NCBI GenBank assembly: GCA_031283585.1
Contig: JAITBP010000002.1
Location: 2,373-34,372, forward strand
Direction: 5' to 3'
DNA from: Puniceicoccales bacterium
GTDB taxonomy: Bacteria > Verrucomicrobiota > Verrucomicrobiia > Opitutales > LL51
DNA: 32,000 nt
The notes under the pieces are model-generated. The model did not search any database and was not told where the DNA came from. It saw only the letters and a list, made by a program, of their open reading frames with translations. Below, in pieces: positions 25,269 through 32,000 of this stretch; within the stretch, counting starts at the first letter, position 1; each line of letters opens with the position of its first letter. The translations under genes and the position numbers were made by a program.

Positions 25269-26102
25269 TCAGAGAAGTTGCCTAAGTTCCTTATCCAGTT
25301 TTTGCCAGGTCTCAATGGGGACATTTTCAGGCCTGGACGTATAGTCTATTCCAGATGTTTGAAGTGCTTTTTTAAGAAATGGGCCATCTTCTGCCTCGCA
25401 TATTTTTAATGTGCTGCCGATCTGTTTCCTTCTGTAGTTGAACAGGAACCGGATCAAAGATTTGGTTTTCAGAAAAAAAATATAGGGTTGCTCCATTTTT
25501 CTCAGGACAAGCAGTGATGAATCCACCTTTGGCTCGGGATAAAAACATTTTCTTGACACATTATGTATACATTCTATCGAATAGGCCGAGTTCAGAAACA
25601 GGGATATTGCACCGAAATTTTTACAATCGGGGGATGATGTAAATCTGCTAACCGTTTCCCTTTGAAGCATTAACACCATAATTTTTGGTAAAAAATCACG
25701 GCCCAGGACACCATCGAGCCAGGCCGTTGAAATCGCATAGGGTAGGTTTGAAACTATTTTGTAATCAAAAACATCATCCGGCAACCCGGCCACCGGAAAC
25801 TCCACCGCATCACCATTGAGCAGCGAAAACAGCCCATTTTGCGAAAAATTTTTACATAAAAATGAATACAACGCTCTATCATATTCCACAGCAAAGACTT
25901 TTGCACCGGCGTCCAGCAAACCCATGGTAAGAGCTCCGAGGCCAGGACCAATCTCGACCACATTATCGCCGGCCTGGATTCCGGCCAGCTGCACAGATTT
26001 TTTTATCATATTCGGATCGATTAGAAAATTTTGGCCAAGTCTTTTATTGGGAGCGCAACCGATATCTTTCAACACGGATAGGGTGGATTTCAGGCCAAAC
26101 AT
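25269..26102 (-). CDS. rsmA: 16S rRNA (adenine1518/1519-N6)-dimethyltransferase
   Basis: KRLGQNFL, VVEIGPGLGALT and SNLPYAIST. The start abuts the surE stop (TAAATG). Confidence 0.9.
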   Translation of the reverse strand: MFGLKSTLSVLKDIGCAPNKRLGQNFLIDPNMIKKSVQLAGIQAGDNVVEIGPGLGALTMGLLDAGAKVFAVEYDRALYSFLCKNFSQNGLFSLLNGDAVEFPVAGLPDDVFDYKIVSNLPYAISTAWLDGVLGRDFLPKIMVLMLQRETVSRFTSSPDCKNFGAISLFLNSAYSIECIHNVSRKCFYPEPKVDSSLLVLRKMEQPYIFFLKTKSLIRFLFNYRRKQIGSTLKICEAEDGPFLKKALQTSGIDYTSRPENVPIETWQKLDKELRQLL

Positions 26103-26906
26103 TTAAAATGTACACAGCTTTCTAATACTTATGATAGAATCACTTATGTTGTACTGGGCCAGGCATGACACGTCGCTACCTTCGGAAAAATTCAAGCCAC
26201 TGAAATCACCCGAAGGGAATTTGAATATAAATTTGTCACCAACCAGCTCATACAATGACCCATAGGCTCCAAAGTCCGTGCCATTATTCAGAGTTATATC
26301 CGCCAGCCGTGTTTTTTTCACCGGAGTGGAAGGTTTTGTCGGATATGGAAAATTTACATTATGAAGCTCAACCTTCTTACTCGCAACAAGTTCCGTTGCG
26401 ATATCAACGGCTATATCGGCAGAAATTTTTATTACACTCATCAGGCCCGGGTGATTTATATAATCAATCCTGCGCTGTAGATAATGCTCTTTTTGATCCG
26501 GAAGTCCTTGGGAAAAAGCGATTGACGGCACGCCCCAGCAAAAACCTTCCATGGCACCACCAACGGTACCTGAACTGAATATAATTGGGACTGTTATATT
26601 TAACCCCCAGTTGATGCCAGAAATAACCAAATCTGGTTTTTTTTGTAAAAGATTTCCCAGAGCGATGTTCACACAATCGCTCGGCGTACCATTAATCGCC
26701 CATGCATTGCAACCACTTAAAGAAACTTTCCGGGAAAAAAATTCTTTGCTCAATCCCATGGAACGCCCAACACCGCTTTGTTCCTCGCTTGGCGCCACAA
26801 CAAAAACATCCCAATCATTAGAGACAAAACTTTTGACCAACGCCATTAATGCCGCCGAATCGATCCCATCATCATTGGTAATCAACACACTAGCCACCAC
26901 ATCCAA
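26103..26906 (-). CDS. surE: 5'/3'-nucleotidase SurE
   Basis: VLITNDDGIDS, VVAPSEEQSG and ISGINWGLN. Confidence 0.9.
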   Translation of the reverse strand: MDVVASVLITNDDGIDSAALMALVKSFVSNDWDVFVVAPSEEQSGVGRSMGLSKEFFSRKVSLSGCNAWAINGTPSDCVNIALGNLLQKKPDLVISGINWGLNITVPIIFSSGTVGGAMEGFCWGVPSIAFSQGLPDQKEHYLQRRIDYINHPGLMSVIKISADIAVDIATELVASKKVELHNVNFPYPTKPSTPVKKTRLADITLNNGTDFGAYGSLYELVGDKFIFKFPSGDFSGLNFSEGSDVSCLAQYNISDSIISIRKLCTF

Positions 26907-26961
26907 TGGTATTCATCGTAAAAATAATTGCAATAAAAATACACCTTTGACCTATAAGAAC

Positions 26962-27603
26962 TTATAACAAGCGCAAAAATGTGGACGTGCCGGCGATTAT
27001 CGATTCAAGGGCTATGCAGATAAGAATCAGACCTGTAATTTTCTCAATGACACCGAGTACCTTCGGAGTCAACAAGTTAGCAAACTTGCACGAAATAACG
27101 AAGGTCAGATAGGACAGGAATATGACAAATATCATGGCGGTAAAAAAAACTGCCATACTGGAAAAATTATTTGGAATACTAGACTTTTTGACCAATGTGG
27201 CGGTTATTGTGCCCGGACCGGTAAGCAAAGGCGTCCCGATTGGAGTTATGGCGATATTACCGCTAACCTGTTGTACCGGTTTGCCTTGAGAATCACCAGT
27301 CTTTTCTTCTTTAGCTTCTTTAGCTTCTTTAGCTATTACCATGCCAACAGCTATGGTCAGCAGATACATGCCTCCGCCCACCTGGAAGGCGTGGGTAGAT
27401 ATCCTGAACACCGTCTCCATTATAAAATTTCCGGCCACGGCAAACACAATCAGCAATGACCCGGCCACAAGGCAGGCCTGTCTTGAGATACGGATTCGCT
27501 CGTCCGGCGTCGCCGTTGGCGTCATTCCAATCATAATAGCGGCCCCGATAACCGGAGACAAAATAGTATAAATACTGACAGTTGTTTCTACAAACAAGTT
27601 CAT
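26962..27603 (-). CDS. marC: MarC-family (UPF0056) integral membrane protein
   Basis: Six hydrophobic segments with typical MarC spacing and a charged central loop. Confidence 0.8.
   Translation of the reverse strand: MNLFVETTVSIYTILSPVIGAAIMIGMTPTATPDERIRISRQACLVAGSLLIVFAVAGNFIMETVFRISTHAFQVGGGMYLLTIAVGMVIAKEAKEAKEEKTGDSQGKPVQQVSGNIAITPIGTPLLTGPGTITATLVKKSSIPNNFSSMAVFFTAMIFVIFLSYLTFVISCKFANLLTPKVLGVIEKITGLILICIALESIIAGTSTFLRLL
27307..27333 (-). repeat. Perfect 3 x 9-bp tandem repeat (ttctttagc) encoding AKEAKEAKE in the MarC central loop
   Basis: Three identical consecutive 9-mers, read directly from the sequence. Confidence 0.9.
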
Positions 27604-27660
27604 TTAGCTTGGACATAATACATCGCCCAGGACAAAGTCAACGGCATAAGTAGTATTAAA

Positions 27661-29286
27661 TCACCTAATTTTTGACAACAACACACGGTTTATTTTTGAA
27701 TTATGTCTGACATCGACCGGAAATGCCTTGCAAAAGAAGAACTTATTTATTTTTTTTGTTTTAGGGTATTTGCTGGCTATTGAACGCAGTTCCATGGAAA
27801 ATTTTCGCCTTTGCCAAAAGAATCTTGGAAAAAATCCATGCTTTGGAAGAACTGCAATGGCAGGGGTGATCGTTGTGTAATTTTTACACTTTATCAGAGC
27901 AACTCTTTCCACGGCACTATGTTGCATGAATAGAGGTTCTACACACTCTGGATAGTAAATCTCGTCACCAACCTCGACGCGCTCGGATTTTCTACCACAG
28001 AACCATAGCCGGCCTCTTTGGTCAAAAAACCCGAGATCACCGGTCCTATGCCAGGTCACGGTGACGTCGTATATTTTAGCCATAGAAGTTTCAAGTTCAA
28101 GATCATCATACTCTTCTGTTACAGCGCCTCCGCTTACAATAATCTCACCGACATGGCCCGTTGGCAGGACCATATCACTCTCCATTAATGGCACCCGGGT
28201 ATCGACCGATTTTATTACCTTAACATTCACGCCATCAACAGGATATCCAACGCAAACACCGGCACCACAGCTTTCCAAATCCGCCACAGAAATTATTTCA
28301 TCGGCCTCCAGATCACAGATTGGCAGTGCTTCGGTGGCACCGTAGGGCGTGTGAATTTCCGCATTAGGAGCTATTTTTTTGATCATTTTTACGGTGGCCG
28401 CGCCGGCGGAAACCCCGGCCAAAAATATGAATCTAAAATCATCCAGTGTTATGCCCCTAATATGACAGTATCTGGCTATCTTCTTCCACAGAATTGGTGA
28501 CGCAAAACTACTTGTTGCTTTGACAGTTATAGCTGCTTGGACAAACTTTTTAGGGTCAAGTTTTGCCGGGCTTGAGGGATCGATTTCCGGCAAAACCGTC
28601 GCACGCCCCAGCACCGGATTAAACAGCATAAACACTGGCAAAAGTGTCAAATCCACTTCTTTTTCACCGATTTTATACAAATTTTTCAAAATATTCAGCT
28701 GGGCCAAAAAATGCCTATGCCTATAAACTACGCCCTTCGGAATACCCGTTGAGCCGGATGTAAACAACACAGCGGCAATGGCATCTGGATCAATTATTGC
28801 CGGCTTCGGAACCTCCGAAGGCAAAGATTTGGCAAAGAGCTTCGATTTTGGAAGAAGCGACCTGATCCCGGGCAATCTATAGAATTTTAACATCATCAGT
28901 GCAAATTTTTCACCTATTACAAATTCCGGCCTGGAATGTTTTGCACAGCTAAAAAATGTCCACGGGCCTATCCCAGGATCTATCAGGATCGGAACAGCTC
29001 CCAGGCGTAAAAGTGAAAAAAATACACAGATGAATTCATAGCTTGGTTTAAGCATCATCAAAATTCGCGAGCCATAGCAAACACCTGCGGCAGAAAGATT
29101 AACAATAACCCTGTCGATATCTTGATTTAGCCTGGAGAATGGAATTTTTTCATAGCTCAACCGCCTAAATAGATCACGCCGTGGAATCATTACGGCCCAG
29201 CTGTCCGGCTGGGTTTCGGCCAGTCTGTCTATCATCTCCGCTATATTAGTGCTTCTACTGCAATGGGTTTTAGTTTTTTCCTTCAC
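27661..29286 (-). CDS. AMP-dependent synthetase/ligase (acyl-CoA or acyl-AMP ligase family)
   Basis: The adenylation core motifs LFTSGSTGIPKGVV, YGATE and TGDLGFFD..GRLWFCGRKSERV are present. Confidence 0.85.
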   Translation of the reverse strand: MKEKTKTHCSRSTNIAEMIDRLAETQPDSWAVMIPRRDLFRRLSYEKIPFSRLNQDIDRVIVNLSAAGVCYGSRILMMLKPSYEFICVFFSLLRLGAVPILIDPGIGPWTFFSCAKHSRPEFVIGEKFALMMLKFYRLPGIRSLLPKSKLFAKSLPSEVPKPAIIDPDAIAAVLFTSGSTGIPKGVVYRHRHFLAQLNILKNLYKIGEKEVDLTLLPVFMLFNPVLGRATVLPEIDPSSPAKLDPKKFVQAAITVKATSSFASPILWKKIARYCHIRGITLDDFRFIFLAGVSAGAATVKMIKKIAPNAEIHTPYGATEALPICDLEADEIISVADLESCGAGVCVGYPVDGVNVKVIKSVDTRVPLMESDMVLPTGHVGEIIVSGGAVTEEYDDLELETSMAKIYDVTVTWHRTGDLGFFDQRGRLWFCGRKSERVEVGDEIYYPECVEPLFMQHSAVERVALIKCKNYTTITPAIAVLPKHGFFPRFFWQRRKFSMELRSIASKYPKTKKINKFFFCKAFPVDVRHNSKINRVLLSKIR

Positions 29287-29301
29287 AAAAATATAAATTA
29301 A

Positions 29302-30183
29302 TCAATAAAACTCCAAAAAACCATCGACAATCATCTGCTCGGCGGTTTGCAGATCGATGCCTCTGGATCTAAGATAAAATAATTGCTCCGAATTTATTTC
29401 GCTAACAGTGGCGCCATGGTAGCATTTTATGCCAGGATTCCTAATGTCCATCGATGGAACGCTAGTTGTTCTGGCCGAGTCAGATAGGATAATATTTTTA
29501 TTCAATTGTCTAGCCTCGGAATCGATGGCCGTTTCCGTCGCTATAATTTTTCCACAGAATGAAGAATTTGCATTTTCTTTCAGTGCAAATTTTGCAACCA
29601 AGTTCGAGATGGTGTTGCGGCCCAAGTGATACTGGAGCGTTCTACAGTCGAAAAAACTAGCCTCACCGATGTGAAAAATTTTTCCATCGATCTTCGAACC
29701 TTCACCGGTAAGAAAAAAACTAATTTCAGATCTAAAATCCGAACCTGTAGCAACTTTCTGGTTCAGATCAATGCGGCTGCCTGCCTCGGCAAGAAAGCTG
29801 ATAGATTCAAAGCCAACAGGACCTATCTCGTTGGATACGTTATGGTTATAAACCACAGACGAACCTTCTTCGGCCACCAGGAAAAAAAATCCACCACAAC
29901 CGTTGCCAACGGTTCTATGGTCCAATCTGACCTCTATGCCCCGGGCTATTTTTATTTCAATAATACAAAAATCGTCCTGGGCAATTTCATAAAAACCATC
30001 GTTGCCTATGGCCATAGATCTCCTAGGTCCTTCGGCTGCACAGCGTTCCAGCATCATAACGTAGACATCATCCGCCGGTTCGGCTTTCTGAGCAAAATTT
30101 TTTAAAAAAATTTCTGGCCTGGAAAACTTCCAGTCAAACCTATTTGTAAAACAAAGATCTCTCAACTGGTCAAAAGACGACAT
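29302..30183 (-). CDS. sufD: SufD-like (SufB/SufD family) Fe-S assembly protein, short form
   Basis: The C-terminal block IKCYHGATVSEINSEQLFYLRSRGIDLQTAEQMIVDGF matches the SufBD signature (..C.HGAT.g.ld.eqlFYL.sRGi). At 293 aa it is shorter than the ~400+ aa I recall for SufD. Confidence 0.7.
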   Translation of the reverse strand: MSSFDQLRDLCFTNRFDWKFSRPEIFLKNFAQKAEPADDVYVMMLERCAAEGPRRSMAIGNDGFYEIAQDDFCIIEIKIARGIEVRLDHRTVGNGCGGFFFLVAEEGSSVVYNHNVSNEIGPVGFESISFLAEAGSRIDLNQKVATGSDFRSEISFFLTGEGSKIDGKIFHIGEASFFDCRTLQYHLGRNTISNLVAKFALKENANSSFCGKIIATETAIDSEARQLNKNIILSDSARTTSVPSMDIRNPGIKCYHGATVSEINSEQLFYLRSRGIDLQTAEQMIVDGFLEFY

Positions 30184-30195
30184 GATGCCCGGCTC

Positions 30196-31245
30196 TTACT
30201 CCTCTACAGATTCGGCCAAAATTGTTCCACCAGAAACAGTTACCTTCTCCAAGATCGACGACTTGATCTCATCGGCCAGAGCTTTGTTTTCGGCTATGGT
30301 CTGCTTGGCAGCCTCTCGGCCCTGACCGACCAATTTACCCTGGTACGAAATCCATGCGCCCTTCTTGTCCAATATGTTATATTCCAGACCCAGGTCTATT
30401 ATCGACCCGGTCTTGGAAATCCCTTCGCTGTGCATTATGTCAAACTCGCACTCGGTAAACGGCGCCGCCACCTTGTTCTTGACGATCTTCACCCGGGTAC
30501 GATTACCGATCACACGGCCGGCGTTGTCCTTAATCTGGTTAACACGCCTTATGTCGAGCCTAACCGACGAAAAAAACTTCAACGCCCGGCCACCGGGGGT
30601 CGTCTCCGGATTCCCAAACATGACACCGATTTTTTCACGTATCTGATTGGTAAAGACACAGATACATTGGGTACGACTCACCGCCGATGTCAGCTTACGC
30701 ATGGCCTGGCTCATCATCCTTGCCTGTAACCCTATGGTGGTATCGCCGATCTGACCATCGAGTTCAGCCTTGGAAATCAGCGCCGCCACCGAATCTATTA
30801 CGATCACGTCGATGGCACCGGACCTTATCAAGGTTTCGGCTATATTCAGCGCATCTTCACCATTTTCTGGCTGGGCGACCATCAGGTTATCTAGATCAAC
30901 GCCAACGATTTTTGTGTACTTCGGGTCGAGGGCATGCTCCACATCTATGAAAACAGCATTACCTCCAATCCGCTGGGCCTCGGCAATAACACTCAGGCAA
31001 AACGTGGTCTTACCGGAAGACTCTGGGCCAAACACTTCGCAGATTCTGCCCCGGGGCAATCCACCGACGCCCAGGGCCAGATCCAGTGACAGGGATCCGG
31101 TCGAAATTACCGACACATTCATTTTTTTGGCGTCTCCCATGCGCATCACAGAACCCTCGCCAAACTGTTTATTGACAGCAGTTATGGCCAAATCCAAAGT
31201 CTTTGGGTCATGTAAAACCTGTTTTGCCTGATCATCTTTTGCCAT
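30196..31245 (-). CDS. recA: Recombinase RecA
   Basis: [10 protein letters not shown], Walker [19 protein letters not shown] and [25 protein letters not shown]. Confidence 0.97.
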   Translation of the reverse strand: MAKDDQAKQVLHDPKTLDLAITAVNKQFGEGSVMRMGDAKKMNVSVISTGSLSLDLALGVGGLPRGRICEVFGPESSGKTTFCLSVIAEAQRIGGNAVFIDVEHALDPKYTKIVGVDLDNLMVAQPENGEDALNIAETLIRSGAIDVIVIDSVAALISKAELDGQIGDTTIGLQARMMSQAMRKLTSAVSRTQCICVFTNQIREKIGVMFGNPETTPGGRALKFFSSVRLDIRRVNQIKDNAGRVIGNRTRVKIVKNKVAAPFTECEFDIMHSEGISKTGSIIDLGLEYNILDKKGAWISYQGKLVGQGREAAKQTIAENKALADEIKSSILEKVTVSGGTILAESVEE

Positions 31246-31292
31246 GAACCATGTCTATTAGCCTGGAGAGCTGTTTCAAGACTTTATTAAAG

Positions 31293-31306
31293 TTGATTTC
31301 AATCAA
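31293..31306. repeat. Inverted repeat TTGATT-TC-AATCAA between recA and the pseudopilin-like gene
   Basis: 6-bp arms with a 2-nt centre, read directly. It lies 48-61 nt upstream of the recA ATG. Confidence 0.5.
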
Positions 31307-31356
31307 ATGCTAAACAAAGCTTGAGAAATAATAACATAGTCATAGAATTGCGCCTA

Positions 31357-31866
31357 ATGAAATCTTCCAAAGGGTCTGCATTGATTGAGTGTATAATTGG
31401 CATATCTGTCTTTGCACTTTCGGTAACTATGTTATCGCAGGGTTTTATAAATGGTATGATAATAAAGAAAAATTCTCGCAAATCCAACTCCAATGATGCG
31501 TTTAACACGAAGTTCATAATCGATTCCATCCTCAAAAGAGGCGTAAATATTAATGGTAGCGACTTATGCTCCGTGGGGCGTGAAGTCGCTTTGCCAACCT
31601 GGGTCACTGGCGATAAATCTGCAAATGGCATCATAAAAATACTAAAATCAGTAGCCGTAAAAGGTAAAGCTTTGGCCTCATCCAGTAGCACAGACGGCGG
31701 TGCAGACAATAATACGCCTACAATGCAAGATAAAAAGATTGAAAACCTATATAAGCTGACAATCAGCGTAACCCCTGGGCCAAACAGCGAAGAGAGGATC
31801 TACACGATTTATAGATACATACCACCGGCGAGACAAAGTCCGCCAGCCAAACAACCGGCAAGCTAG
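31357..31866 (+). CDS. Prepilin-type N-terminal cleavage/methylation-domain protein (pseudopilin/minor pilin-like)
   Basis: MKSSKG|SALIECIIGISVFALSV has a basic leader, Gly at -1, Glu at +5 and a hydrophobic helix. I prefer the ATG at 31357 (the track start at 31321 is TTG). Confidence 0.6.
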   Translation: MKSSKGSALIECIIGISVFALSVTMLSQGFINGMIIKKNSRKSNSNDAFNTKFIIDSILKRGVNINGSDLCSVGREVALPTWVTGDKSANGIIKILKSVAVKGKALASSSSTDGGADNNTPTMQDKKIENLYKLTISVTPGPNSEERIYTIYRYIPPARQSPPAKQPAS

Positions 31867-31941
31867 GGACATAAATAAATCGATTAATAATCAGGCCTAA
31901 GCTGGCAAAACCTCGGTCTTACTTCCGAAAACATTACCGAA

Positions 31942-31972
31942 CAAAAAGGCCCGCCGGACAGTTGGCGGGCCT
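31942..31972 (-). terminator. Rho-independent terminator for a minus-strand gene ending at or beyond the right window edge
   Basis: The minus strand reads AGGCCCGCC-AACTGTCC-GGCGGGCCT followed by TTTTT: a 9-bp GC-rich stem, an 8-nt loop and a T-tract. Confidence 0.7.
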
Positions 31973-32000
31973 AGGGTATAAATATCTGGATGGTCTCCTA

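Noticed and set aside
31246-31356. A canonical LexA/SOS box upstream of recA
   Set aside because: None of the LexA consensus types I know is present. Only the TTGATT-TC-AATCAA repeat was seen, and it is reported separately as a low-confidence candidate.
31299-31709. A 136-aa minus-strand ORF opposite the pseudopilin-like gene
   Set aside because: The + strand frame has a recognisable prepilin leader (G|SALIE). The antisense ORF has no motif and would run into the recA promoter region.

Overview
This is a dense window, about 90% coding, and it looks like ordinary chromosomal DNA. I support about 40 CDS and 2 tRNAs and found no transposase, integrase, CRISPR array or rRNA. Recognisable genes are a LysR fragment, radC, a dapF-like gene, an MFS transporter, tgt, mcsB/mcsA, an Amidase_3 cell-wall amidase, infC, an APC permease, family-4 UDG, secG, rnhC (RNase HIII), a DUF374 acyltransferase-family gene, dedA, upp, PBP2, atpA, tRNA-Ala(GGC), tRNA-Arg(ACG), a sugar-phosphate nucleotidyltransferase, rsmA/ksgA, surE, marC, an AMP-dependent ligase, a sufD-like gene, recA and a pseudopilin-like gene. 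Gram-negative envelope genes (LolA-like, DUF374, pseudopilin, amidase) occur together with mcsAB and RNase HIII, and classical operons are broken (infC without rpmI-rplT, PBP2 without rodA, atpA alone). This fits a PVC/Chlamydiae-like or similarly rearranged genome, but that is a low-confidence inference. I did not find a clear multi-gene novel system. The strongest unexplained signals are: (1) an old ~0.8-kb tandem duplication at 21.4-22.9 kb that copied the atpA 3' end, a promoter-like region and an unknown small gene, leaving an atpA-tail relic between two diverged paralogs next to the tRNA pair; (2) a DapF homolog in which both catalytic cysteines read as serine; (3) a radC-adjacent module of three small HTH/unknown genes around a nested palindrome that holds two interdigitated promoter-like elements; (4) envelope or secreted proteins with unusual low-complexity additions (SecG with a ~100-aa acidic tail, a degenerate Mip/FKBP-like protein with a poly-Asp tail, a 4 x 21-bp in-frame repeat, a 3 x 9-bp perfect repeat in marC). 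All product calls rest on motif recognition by eye, and no database search was run.
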